A DNA stretch of 64,000 nt from Chrysomallon squamiferum (Eukaryota > Animalia > Mollusca): the NCBI GenBank assembly GCA_012295275.1, contig CM022679.1, positions 17,112,001-17,176,000 on the forward strand, given 5' to 3'. The notes beneath the pieces were generated by a model. That model had not been told where the DNA came from, searched no databases, and worked only from the letters and a program-made list of their open reading frames with translations. This document shows, piece after piece, positions 14,353-28,650 of the stretch (positions are counted from its first letter, which is position 1; each line of letters begins with the position of its first letter). The translations under genes and the position numbers were made by a program.

Positions 14353-17300
14353 CTCTAGATTAAACAATTATGAATCTGTGGTTGTGTTGATGGTCAGATG
14401 ATTTATAATGACACAACAAGAGATTTATGTTTACAGTTATGATGATGAAACTGTGGGAAGTGCAATGTGGTTAGTTTAGTTACTTGTATGACTCACAAAA
14501 CCTGTCAGAAATAAATAATATCAAAAATAATAAATTTAAAGAGAAAAAAAATTAATTGACAGATGATTAATTATTCACGTGGACTAAATGAAATTACATC
14601 AATATAATTTTGATTAGCAGTAAAGAAAGGTTATGAAATATTCAGAAACAATTTTAAATCAGAAAATGATATGCCCCTTTTAAAACCATTTCAAAATGAA
14701 GTGATCTCATTGAATTCTATAAAATCATAAATATATTTCAGTATTTCATAGTCTTTATTTTATTATTATTATTCTTTTTTTAAATTGTTTGACCACATGT
14801 TAAATTTTAGGTATTACCATGTTTGTCAGATTTTCAAATATTCCAAGTAAAATTCTTAAATTTTTATTTTATTGTTCACCATAAATTATTGGTTTTCTGT
14901 CCATATGGTAATATGAGAATAGTTTTAAGATGCATATAATAAATATGAATTACTAAAAATGCAAACAAAAAGCAAGCAAGTAACAGCAGTAACCCTTGCT
15001 TATGTTTAACACTCTATATGAATCACAGTGATTATGATTATTCAAATGTAAGGCCCACCATGTTATTATTGTCAGTGTATTACTATTCAGTCTGCTCTCA
15101 GTGGTAAAACAAAATAATTAGTCATCAGCCTTAAACATGACATCTTAAAGTCAATATTGATAGTTAATTTACAAAACCTAGTATTTTATTCACAGTCTTG
15201 CCTGAAACTGATTTCTGCTGTTTTATAAAATGAGAGATGTTACTAAGTTTTTTAATTCTTTTACATACAACTTTATAATTTAAAAAAAATGTTGCAATAA
15301 TATTAATAAGAGACAGGTCATGTCTTGATTATAGATGAGAATGGATCCAAATGGTAATCCAACAGAGAGATAGAATGGGAAAGTGTTCAACATTATTTAG
15401 ATAAAAAATTGAAAATGTAGGAAAATGTAAAACAAACATGGCTCTAACTGACTTTAAAAGTTATTTCAGTTTTGAGAAGTTCAATGTTTGTGATCGGAAA
15501 GAAAAACATATGGTGCATATTAGAACCAGAAGGAAGAGATCTGATCTCTCCAGGAGCAATTCAAACCATTCTAATGCAATTCTTCCATTGGGTTTTATGT
15601 TTTAAGTCTGTATTCACTTAGTTACTAAAGTGCTTTCTTCACCTATTTCAGTTTTCAGGAAGAGTTTGTTTCTAACCTAAATTTTTAAAACTGTCTTAAT
15701 AAATATTTTCAATTTCCATTTTATCTAATAGTCACTAGTCTCATCTTCTCAAAGAAAGTGTGTAACTCTGACTAAATATTTTTGATAATATAAATATTTA
15801 TATGCTTGTATTTCTGTGTGATATTATCTAAGAAAACTTATCATATTTCTGATTTATAAATACTCTTTGTTTATCTGCAAATGTCATGTTTCATGTACTG
15901 ATGTTTCTTATATTGTCCCTCAATGTATATTGAAAGTGGTAATTTACCCCACTGTACATACTCAGTTTTCTTTTTTAAACTATATCAAACATATATCTCT
16001 GAAGGCAATCTCTGGATTCAAACCAAAATTTTTCTTCAGTGTGACTGCTCTTTGCATCTTAACCCTTATCACTACTACTGAAGAAGAAAGATTTGCATCT
16101 TGTTTGCTTTTTACAACTTTTTCACTGTCTTCTGTGAGACATTTAGTACACTCATTTCATGGTGGAAGTGCAGTGTTCTTGGAGCAGTCATCTATGTGAA
16201 ACTAGAAATTCCAGCCAGTTTTAAAGAATGTATTCATTAATAAAGGAACAACATAATGGCTCTGCTGAAACTGTGATAAGTATTCTTGTAACCATACTTA
16301 TTGATGTTTTAATATTAGCACAAGGAATTGCCACATTGAAATAAAAAAATAAACAATAATAATATTATAAATAAAATATAATCACAGCTCAAAAAGTAAT
16401 AATTTCATTAATTTAGCTCAAAACTGAAATGATTAATGCTATTGAGCATGGATAATTAGAGCCAGTCAAAAACAAAAAATATACTTATACATAGATAGAT
16501 ATAAGTAGTTTTTATTTCTATCAAAACCGACAATCTTACGGTTATATAAGAATGTATAAAGAATAATATCTGTTGTCCAACAATTGCAATAAGAGAAAAC
16601 CACAATGACCTCTATGCTGAACAGTAGCTAAATTACACATGTTGAAACTATCTCTAATTTATGATTCAAACAGAGAATCCACTTTGACAACAAGTTGTAA
16701 TTACTGGAGGTAAACAGCTGAAATGCTTCTCAAAGCATTCCCAATGGGACTGCTGCATTCTCAACTAAGAAAGCTGGGTGATGGTTCAATTTTTCACATC
16801 AATAAACCCAATCACATGGACAAGATTTCCAGTTTAATATTTGTCAATGTCACTTCTCCAGCAATTTCTAGTTGAGCAATACCTGTTCATATCTGCATGT
16901 CAAAAGGTCAACACATGAGAAGAAATAAAATAATACTAAAGAAATAGATGGAAATGCACATGGTGGAATTAAAAGCCATTTGATACTCTAATCAGTTTCT
17001 GAATTAGATATTGGATTTTTGTTAGTGACTGCATAATGGGTAGAGCTAAAAATTCTATATGGTTTACCTAAATATTTGAGTTTAAAAAGTTAGTGAATAT
17101 TACTGAAGTGATAATTTTTATGTATTAAAATATTATTTGAACAAACTTTAACTACTGAAACCTAAGAGTCAAAAACATTCTACAAAACTAAATACAGAAA
17201 CTGATTTGAAATAACCAAAATTATTGTAACTTGTTGAAACTTTAATCAAAACTAAAAACACTACAACATGATTTTGAAATATGTTAAAAAAGCAACAAGT

Positions 17301-20300
17301 TTCATTTTAAATAATGTAATAATTAAGAGTTCAGAATGGGACTTCAAAACTAAAATCATTCTGGCTCTGATATTACACTCACTATAAACTACACTTAGTA
17401 AGTCAAGAAATACTGGACAAATCTTGTGTGTGAATCTTTTTTTTTTTTAAATCGGAGCATTATACAAGATTCTTTGATAAACAGTGGGGAACACTAGTTA
17501 AAAAAGAAAACAATGAAAAACCTGTTGTAACAGGAATTTCCAGAAACCCAGCATATCTAAAGTTTGTACTCTAAGCTAATGCTATTCTCCTCAAATGAAG
17601 AGATAGGGTGATTAGTTATAATGGTGATTATGAAAATTTGAAACATCTGATTTCAAGGCATGGTCTCTCTTCCTCTCTGAACAGTGAATAACAAAAATAC
17701 TCTGCCAGTTCATTTACTGTAGAAAGCCAGTGAGGGAAATGGCATGATTAAAGGATTAACATTCACAGTCGGTAAAACCATGTGGCTGAATGTGCAGCAT
17801 TAAGTATTTAGATTTAATTAGTACCAGTTTGATTACTGGATGCAAATAAATTATACTAGCTATAGTTAATATAAGTGACAAAGTAAAGAATGAAAAGATG
17901 TTCTAGACAAAGCATTAATTTTTCATTTTCAGAAATATCATCAAAAAAACTGTAACATGAAAAAACAACAAGGTTGCTCTTATTTCATTTAGTCAATTAC
18001 TTGTCTTTTTAATTTGTTAAGTAGAAATAATGAATTACTTGAAATATATATATATTTTTTTTTTCCCCCCCATTTCTAAATCTTGATAACATGTGCACAA
18101 AACATATTCATGTCTTGAAGACAGAAATGAACCTTTAACTGGTACATTTTTTTCTTGGATAAACTAGTAAAATATGATAAATTATTAGTAAATAAAATAA
18201 AACACCCAACCCCAGATTTCACCAAAAACAATAAAAAGAATGTATATATATTTCTTATTTGATTAAAGTATGACTAAGAGAATAACCAGTGAAAGTGTGA
18301 TAAATATGTACACAGATGAGATGGATTTCATCCTACCAAGAACTGAATCAACAACTGAGAAATTACCTTGTATTTGGTCAAATGGGGAAATAAATCATTT
18401 CTTATAGCAAACACAACACTGCTGTATTGAGCTCATACGCTGACCTGCAGACATTTATAAACTTTGTCTATTTTTTAATGAATTATTCAAAGAGATTATT
18501 TACAAAGGAACATAAGACATTAATTTGTTGTGTTTTAGATTAGTTTCAAAATGTTAGATGATTATAGTGTAAAGAAAAAAAAAAAATCAGAAATGTATAA
18601 TGTAAAATAAAAATAAGAACATCCCAATAATGTATCTATTCTTTAAAATGTATATAAATTTGCATTTTTTGTTAGATACTGAAATATAACAATGCATTTG
18701 CTATCCATATCATCATATCAGCTTGTAGACTAAAATATAAAAAAATATAAAATATTTATGTCTACAAAAATGCTAATTGAATTATTTCTGTAAATTAAAC
18801 TTAATGAAATCTGCTGATAATAATTTTCATAAAATGATCAACAGTTTTTACCTCTGAGCTTAAAAAGAAATCAATAGAGAGCAAAGTGCCAGTATTGTAA
18901 TGAAATTTGTTGTAAATTATTTAATAATCATCACTGACACTTGAGAAATTGATCTATGTGTTAATTCCCCAGTCAATGATCCTCAAGTAATAAGAGCAAC
19001 CGATGCATTCATTCCCAGATCCTTTAGATCCATAGTGAGATAAAAAAAAGAAAGAAGCAAAAACATCCCTTTCCCTGTCTCAGTTATATGCTATTAATTG
19101 ATTTTGGAATATTCAATAAGATGAGTGTAAGAAAAAAAAAAGATTAAAAATAAGACTGTCTATACTGAACAATTTTGACTAGGTTTATTTAATCAAATGT
19201 TTGTATCCAGTCTTCACGATAGGACATTTTCTTCATGGCACAAACAGAAAAGAGTATAAAAAAAAATGTTTTGATAAAATGTGGCAGACTTCTGAGTCAT
19301 CTGTCTGTAGAACCTCGAATGATCCATCAAAGTGACTGGAGAAATAGTTGTGTATTATCAGAACAAGTGCTCAGCAGAGTTTCATAATTTCAAAACACTC
19401 GACAGCCTTGGTGCAAGTTAATGTGAGGCAATCTCATTGCCTCCAACAATCATTTATGATTAACTCTGGTTTTGCCCATCTATTGAGCAGAGATTTATTT
19501 CCTTGTCTTGTCACATGATTTGATTCTCTCATCATGGAAGAGATGTGGCTCGAGCCAGAAATAAGCCAAAAGTATATTGTAATTTGTTGCACAAATGGGT
19601 GCTATTCAGAAGCAAACAGCTGAGCACTCGTAAATGCCTCAGATTATTGCAAAATAGAAAACATTTAATCAATATGGCTCAGAAAGGTCTGCGTAAATTT
19701 GCTTCCTTTTATATCACTAATAGCCACAACAGTGAGGAAAAACTTGGAGCCACGATGCTACTCTTTTCCAAGGTAATAACTTGCTCATTCATATCTGATT
19801 GGTGTACTGATGGATGAAGGCATCAGACACTTCTATTAGTACACATGTGCCATTTTTCATTAGCTTTTTCTTCTGCAGTCAGAATATTTCTACTGTTAAT
19901 TTTCACATGAAAGTCATGTGTGAAAGAAGATAAGTGAAATAAGGTTGAGAAGAGAACTAATTAACAATAATATTGGGAGGTCCATAAATGCACTTAGCTG
20001 ATGTTGGTTAGAAAATATTTTTATTTATTTTTTAAATTGATTGCTCAGTAAAAAAATATGTGAAATAATTTGCTTAATTTTACATACTAAGTGTTACCAG
20101 AAATATCTGACTGATTGCAAATGCAATATATATAAAAATAAAAATTGATTGCCATGTTTCATTTAATAGTTCTAGAATGAACTATATAAACAATAATTAT
20201 AAAATTACTACATCATGTCAAAAATGAGCAGCAGGCAAATAAAGCTGACCAGTGGCATGATCAGCATCCTGGTTAGTGTGCTCTAAGGATAATGAAATCT

Positions 20301-20717
20301 GAATGTTTGCAAATAAATCATGTGGTTTATCAGTGTTGATAGCCTCTTTGTACCAGCCCTGACTCAATGTCAAATGACCAATGTGTGTTTACATTAATTT
20401 CCATAGATTAATTACCATACAATTCTAATTATAAACAGTACATGCTTTAGAATAATGAAGAGTATTATATAATCAGAATACCATTTAGTTATTCACTGCC
20501 CACAACTATAGATAACTAAAAGTGACATTCCACCATCAATATAAAAAACAAAAATAAAATAAAAACAATAATATTAAAAAAAGGAGAAAAAGGAGAAAAT
20601 AATTAAATAAAAATAATTTTTAAAAATTTCAAAGAAGTAGAAGAATGACAGATATTATTAATATTATGAAAAATATTTGTTGTATTTTATATAAGTAATT
20701 TAGCTGTATATAAGTAC

Positions 20718-20901
20718 CTGGCACTTCAGCATCAGGTTGTTCCACCACAATGTCCCTAGGAGGAGCAAATCGAGAGGCAGCAGAAAGGAAGGAGCCATGT
20801 TTTCTCTTTGCAGCATCTGATCTAGGTTTAGCATATTTTGTCTTCACTTGTGATTCTTCATAAGACTTTGACACATCATAAGTACCAGGTGGAGGAATTT
20901 C
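20718..20901 (-). CDS. STPG2: STPG2-like, coding exon 9: EIPPPGTYDVSKSYEESQVKTKYAKPRSDAAKRKHGSFLSAASRFAPPRDIVVEQPDAEVP(G)
   Basis: tttag acceptor, CCAG|gtactt donor, 184 nt, phase 0 to 1. Close to the vertebrate STPG2 segment YDV.KSYE.SQVK.KY..PRS..AKRKH.SFLSA. Confidence 0.95.
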
Positions 20902-23900
20902 CTAAACATACAAAAAAAAATCATAATAAATAAATAGATAAAAAATCATAATTAAACATTAAAAAAAATAAAATATTTAATTCTGTTCTGATTGTTTTAA
21001 AAATAAAAAATTGTATAATGACCAAAATTCAAACTAAGATATTAGAAAAGAAAATTGTCATGACAATAAGGCTATTTCTAATCTGTGGAGGAAATATTTT
21101 CAGCAAACAATAATAATCACTTAAAGAAACAAGAACAGAAATCCAGATTAAATTAAAGGATTCCTGTGAAAAACAAATTATTATTAAAAAAAAGAAGTCT
21201 GAAAAAATTTAGGAAAATCAACAAATATTTTTCATTAAGGATTTCATTGTATTTAGAAAGAAAAAACCCACCAACTGTCACCAGGGATTTCCAATCCTTG
21301 TTTTATTATTGCATTCTTCCAAAACATAAAAGAAAGGTTTCAAGTTTAATGTTCATTACAAGTCTTGATTTAGAGTGAACAAAAAGATAATTTATGTTGT
21401 TAGAGATGGATTAAGGAAATATATTATGGGGATTAATGCAGACTCAATGGTTAGACAATGACACAAATTGATTCCATTACGTTATAGCATCAAACATAAC
21501 AGACTTAAAGCTTTAGGTTTATTGGCTCAAGGAAAAAATATTTTCTATTCCATTCCAGTGAGCATTGCTGTTGTAAGATTAGAGCAGATAATTTGTGTAA
21601 TTTGAAGAGGATGGAAATGAAAAAATGCATCCAAAAAAGTGTAATCCCTCAACAGATTTTAAGATATTAATGGATTGTGATCAATGCAAAGCAAAAAAAT
21701 AAATGGCTCTACTTCATGCCAATACACACAAAGTGCTATTTTTCAAGAGAACAGTAAGACTTCTATTCTAAGTGACAATTCATGCTCCAGGATAAACTTT
21801 TTTTTTTTTTAATTTCAGATTATTTTAAAACAACATTTCAGCTTGTATTTTGATGGTGGACATGGCTATGTATTTATAGTTTTCTAACTGGTTCTAAATT
21901 ACTGATGCACATAACAGTTACCTAGGGCTTTTTAAAACTCATATTCTACCTAAAACAAATGCCACATAAGACTTTAAGTATCTGACCTTTGTAACAAGAT
22001 AATGAAAAGCAGTTTATCCACTCTGATTGGTGTTTGCTTGCAACAAACAGGAATTTTCGGTGCTATCATTTTAATGTAGTTTGGAAAAGAATGATTGTGC
22101 AGTGTACAAACACTTTTATTACAAATTGTTGTTTTCTATGTTATTAATCCAATTTCAACTAAAACCTCTTATTAGTATGAGATTCAAAATGTTCTGATTA
22201 GGAAAAAGGAATCCTTTTAAGATTCTTTTTGCACAGACATAATGTATCATTGTTTTTCAATAAATCAGTTACATAAGACTGGCTGGAATGGGAAATTGTT
22301 CTGACTGCAAGCTGAGCTGATTGCGTGATTCTTCACACTTAAGAAAGCACTGAACAACAGCTGAAACAAAATCTGAAATTTTAAGAATATTTATGGACAA
22401 TGCAGATTGTATATCATTGATGTCTTTTACAAAACTTGTGCAGAATTAATATTACTTACAAAAATTAAAAATTGCTGTTAAGGAATGTTTTTATGTAATT
22501 GCATCAATATATTTACATTTGAAAAATATTTGGCACACATTAATTTATTTTTTAATTTGTTTCTTTTGCTTTACTTTCTAAAAAAAACAAAACAATTCCA
22601 GACATGGATATGTTTAAATATTATATTAATATTTATCACAACTATTACAAAATAAAGGAAGCATAACAAAGAAGGAAAATATGAGATTGCTAAGAAATGG
22701 AAAATGTTTCATGAATGATTAATCATAGACTGAGGAAAAGCAGTGTCTTGTAAAGCTGACTTTATTAAAGTCTACAGTATGACAACAGTGATGGAGTGGG
22801 GATTATGACAGTTCTTCAAGAGTCTAATGTCTGTAAGGGACAGGTGAACCTGCATGGTGGCTTTTATAATGCTATTCATCTCTGTCTAAATTTATGAAAG
22901 CAATTTCTTGTTGACATAAACATTAACTTTTTTAATTTAATGGATAATTTAGGAGAAGCTTTGTTTTAAATAACTCCAGTTTACTAAACATTTTTGTATA
23001 ACAGTGCAAATTATCATTCTAAAAAATCATATTTTCCTGTTGCAACCAATGCTCTGTTTATACAATGAATGTATAAAATGCAGGAAATAATTTTCATAAT
23101 GAAAAATCATGTATTAATTAGTCTTAAAGGTATGATTTATATTTCAGCCTGAGTCCAAACTTTATAATAATCATTTTCATCCTTGAAATAGTAATAATAT
23201 CTGACATTTTTATATAGTGAAAAGAAAATGCTATTAACCATCTAAGAGATATCAATAACCAGTGATAGATTACAATACAGACAAATTAAAATCAAAATAA
23301 TTAGCTTATTTCCTTACTATTTCAAAAAAAAAAAAAAAATTAATAATTAAAAACTAGTGTATTTTAAACATTTGTTAAAATAAAATCAACCTTATACATA
23401 AAATAGGCTTTCTGTCCTAATTCTGACACTGACATAAATGGACACTGACAGTTGCTGAGTTTGCCATCAGCAGTAATCAGAAGTAAATCATTCATTGCTA
23501 CTAATTAGTGATAGACATACTTAGATCACTTCAAGCCTCTTCTGTGCCTTAACCATCTATAAAACAAGTGAGACTATGTGAAGAAATTGCATAAGAGAAA
23601 ATACCAGCTGTTTAACATGTGTGAGAGCTGAGATTAATTCTAATGTTTCAGGAAATACATTTTTAAATAGGAAAACAATTCCTGACACTTATTAAATCAA
23701 TTTTGAAGACACTGCTGTTGTCAGTATGTTTAATTATCACAAATGTTTTTATTAATTACACAATTTGTTTATGTGTAGTGTGCACAATGCAGAATTGTAG
23801 AAAAGAAATTATTGTGTCCTTTCTAATGCATAGTTATCATTCTGTCAGTATCCTTTATTATTTAAATATTAATGATGATCAAGGTGTCTCAATACAAGTT

Positions 23901-26900
23901 CACACTATACTTAACAAAAAATTGTTACAGTCAAATTTATAGAAAAATATATTGTGAAGTGAAAGTAAAACATTTAGATTTATAAACCAATTGGTTTTTT
24001 TGGTTACTTACATACTTATATAAATGAAATTTGTTTTAAGCATTCCTATAGTTAAGAGAAAAAAACAAAAAAACATTCATCATCCAAATAACTATCATTA
24101 AACAGTATGCTTTATTAAAGCACAGGTTAACAAATCAAAATATATTAATTAATACCTAAGTATTTCTTTTGTCCATTAATGTCAATAAAAAAAAAAAAAA
24201 AAAAAAAATTAAAAAAAATCTTGTCAATTTAAAATCAGCTATAAAGAATAATTATTTATGCCTGTAATATAATATCAGTGATGTGGCTCCACAGCATGAA
24301 AAGAATTAGCAATTTGTACCAGGCTGTACATCTTTCATTGGTGTCAGCTAGTGACTGTTGAGTTTAGTTATAATTTATTACATTATTATAGTCATGAAAC
24401 TAGTCATTAATCTTTGTTCTCTTATTTTAAGATTGGATATATCAAATAACATCACATCTTCTAATAATTAAGATGATGGTAGGTCTTGTTAAAACCAGAA
24501 TTTGAATGTAAAATGGATATAGATATTTTGGGTTTTGTGTAAATGAGAATGTGGATGCAGATACTTTACGGTTTAGTTTTAAATTTGGTTATTAACTTCA
24601 GAGGTAAAATGTTTTGTTTTTTTTTGTTGTTTTTTTAAATGTGAATTTTCAGAAAAGGGTGAGCAACATAATGGAAATAAGATTCATTATAAAAAAGAAC
24701 AAAAAACATCTGTGGAAACAAAACAGTAGAGAGCACACACCGAGTACACTGCCTGTAACTCTGCATGAAGGAGATCTAAATGTCATTAATAATTATTATA
24801 TATAAACATTTCAAGTTGTGTAAGTACTGAGTCAGTACTGCTAGTGTGGTCTCTGTGGATGACACAGACTTGCAAGGGACATGAGTGACATGAGATTAAA
24901 CAGAGGCTGACCTAAGTCACAAACTTTAATCAGAGTAGTATGAACATTAGGGCACAGGCTAGCAATGGTGACAGGCTATTCATCAGAACACGGCACAATA
25001 TTGCCACTAAAACTGCCAACAATCACATTAGACTTGCCTCCACTTGTTAGCATAATACAAGATACATGGTATTACTGAAATTAGAACTGTCAACCAGAAT
25101 GCTTGCTTTTGACTCTAAAGTCTGCAATATTCAACTAGTGAAACAATAATGGGTGTGACAAGTTCAGTGTTCTTTAAGTCCAATCATTGTAAAAGATGAT
25201 ATTGTAAAAAGTAATACTTTCTTTGGGATTTTTAAATAAGAGAATTTTTTGTTTTTAATTTTGTGATCATTATGAATGATATAAACATTATGAATAAATA
25301 ATAAAATGTTCAAAACAACAGATAATAAGTAAAGAAATAAATAAGAAAGAAAGAAAGAAAGATGGAAAGAAAATAAATAAATAAGAAAATTAAAATTAAA
25401 TAAAACATTTGTTTTAAATTAAAATTTAAAATTTAAAAAGAAAGCAAGCAATAAATGAAAGTTTGTAAATAAAAGAAAAGATGCTGCTGTACAGTGATGA
25501 AATCTCTGAAATGATGTTAGTGTTCAGACTTCAAGGATGTTTTCACTGAAACATTTCTTAACTTATGGATGCAGATGACAGGACTAAATTCCTGTGATCA
25601 CAAAACTGATGAAAATGCTGACATCTGGACAACATATGTGCACAAACAACAGACAAAACAAACTCTTGTGTAGTTTTCTTTCTTCAAACTTTACAATATT
25701 TTAAAAACTTTACAACAAAAAAAAAAAGATAAAAGAAAAATAAGTAAAGAAACAGAAAAAATATGGAACAAAGACATTCGAAACCACGGATTTTGTTACT
25801 AAATAAAGCAGAGAATATAATGTAATTAACGCAGTTCACTGTAACTTATATCAGATATTAGATATATTTATTACCAATGGCTTAAATATTCTCAAATGAA
25901 ATACCAGCTAAATATTGTTAGTGTAGCAATTTATTATAATTTTAGAAAATAAATAAAAATACATGTAGTAGTTTGGATTCTGGATTTAAAAAAATAAAAA
26001 AATAAATAAAGAATTAAAATAATTGTAAGAACTATGAATGTTCCTTTTTCATAAAAAGAAATAAAATGAAGTAAAATAAAATAAAATAATAGATAAATAA
26101 ATTAAATCAAAAGTAGTCAGCTACTGAACAACAATAGGATACATTTTCAAAGCAAGAGATAAATAGTCTAGTTTTCTCTCTAAGTGTACCACTTTTCCTT
26201 CTAAGTGCACCAAAGAAGAATAAAAATGGAGTAACAAATAAGACCATTTCTAGAAAAACCTATGTTTTGGAAGAGACTTTGGATATGTTTTATTAAACAC
26301 CCAGGTTTCTAACTGTTCACACAGACACTTGTACAATGGCAGAACAATATCAATAGATTGCTATCATTGTGAAGTTGCTCATTATCCAGGTCTGAAAGTA
26401 ATGGCAATACAATTTTTGGTGGAAATGTATTCATTCAGTTTAATTCATTATCTTATTATCTTCAAAATAAAAGTCAAGGAATTAATAAATATACAAACAT
26501 TTTTGTCATTATAAAGAAAATACCAGAACAGATATGCATATCTTGTTTCTTGTGGGGGTTTTAAAAATATGTTTGCTGAGGATATAATGAATGTAAATAG
26601 TATGGGTACCAGTATGTATTTAATTAGACAGGTACTTAATTATGAATGAAATATAGACATTTATATACAGACATTTTAGGCATCTCACATTAGTAGTTTA
26701 AACTGTATATCTAATTCCCTTTTTAATGTTATTCACTTAAATATATACAATATAATTAATTAATTTATAATTAAAGAAATCTTAAATTTTTGTTTATAAT
26801 ATTATTTTGGTAAAGTTTTGAAATCTGTAGATATAAACTATAGAGAGAAAAAAAAAAAAAAGAAAGAAAGAAATAATAATAATAAATAAAAAAAATCTGT

Positions 26901-28611
26901 TTAGTGCACAATTCTGCTTTGTACTTGCCAGTATGTAGGTTGTGAATGTTTGTGATACTGATAGTATCTTGACCAAATATAATGCTTATTTGCATTGGCT
27001 CTGCAGAGTAGATGTATGTTGTGTGCATTGTCTCAACAGATTTTGCAAGGTGTGGTAGTTTTCTCTAAATGGCATAAGTCAATAAAAAGTGTGTAGTTGT
27101 GCACTTGTTGAACTCTTTACAAATACAGTTTTGGTATGGTACATTAATAGTTTTCTGATGCTTTCCATAGTGGAATGACATTCACCAATGCAAGTGAAAC
27201 TATAGTACAATTTAACTGTGTGTATGATGCTGCAGATTTCTTATTGCTTTTCCTTTTTACAATGCAGTAAGATGACACATTTCAAGAGTGTCACTAAATA
27301 ATGCACACTATTTGCAAAAGTAAGCTCAGTTTCTGAAAATGACACTGAAAAATGTATTCCTAAAAAAACTGCAGCTAAAAATGTAAATAAAAAAGAAAAA
27401 TGTTTGCAGATTGCAATCTTTTAAATAAATAAATTGGTGTCAAAAAAGAAAATATATTTAAAAAATGATTAAAATGTAAAAAAAAAAAAAAAGAATTCTG
27501 ATAAAGGGAAAAAATGTTAAATAAGAAGAATAAGAAGAGAATGAGTAGATGTATTTTATACATTCTTTCAAAGTAAAATTAAAATTTAAAATTCTTAAAT
27601 GATCAAAATAATGAATAAATCTAAAAACTGAAAAATATGCTTTCAGTTACAGTGAATTTCACAAATAAATTTTAACCATGTCATTTTATATTTTATCATA
27701 TGTTTTACAATTTCTGGTTAATTTGCAAAAATAATAATTAAAAAAATTAAAAATCCAGAAACTTTGGGAAGTCTATTTTAACACGGCTTCACTTTAATCT
27801 TCTTTTTTTTTCATGCATAATCTTGGATAATGATACACAAGCCCTGCAGATATTTAGTTAGCCATGTTTCAGTGATGTAACAAAGACCAGATAATGTATC
27901 TGTTCACAAAGGATGAAAGGTAAACTGACTGACAGGAGATATGTTCATAATATGCACAGTGTTCCAGAGGCTACCTTAGCTTTCTTTGAACACTAACTAA
28001 CAGTGACAGATAACCTAATGAAGTCTGACTTAGCCATATAATCATCAAGCTGTGACTACCTAACAACAGATAATGTACTCATTTAATGACCTACATCTCT
28101 CTGGCTTGATCATCATTTGAATTTTTAAACATTTGTGAATTTCAACACTGATTTAAAATTATGATCTAGTTGTATGTAGAAAGGATTATATTTGAAATTT
28201 ACCATCTAATGATGCTGGAAGCAATATACTGTTAGTTTCAGAATTAGCATAGACAACCTGTAGCATGTAGAAATGTAAAATCTTTTTTCTTCTTCTCTAG
28301 GACAAATTTACTGGAATGTATTTTTAATCTGACAAATGACAATTAACTTAAATGACTATGATGATCAACAGCATATTTTAATCACGTTTAAATTTACAAA
28401 AAGAAAAAAGGATTATTACACTGAGCATGAATTCAGTTTTTGTTTGGTTTTGGGTTTTTTTGATTTATAAATAATATAACAGAAATTTAAAACAATTAGT
28501 TAACTTTAATAGTTTGAAGAAAATAAACATGGTTACTGCATTTGAAAAAACAACAATATAAAATGCAACCTGAGAAAGGGAGGTAACAGTTAAAGTTAAA
28601 CATCACTATTT

Positions 28612-28612
28612 A

Positions 28613-28646
<34 letters not shown>
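28612..28646. repeat. (TAA)n microsatellite
   Basis: Directly visible. Confidence 0.9.
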
Positions 28647-28650
<4 letters not shown>

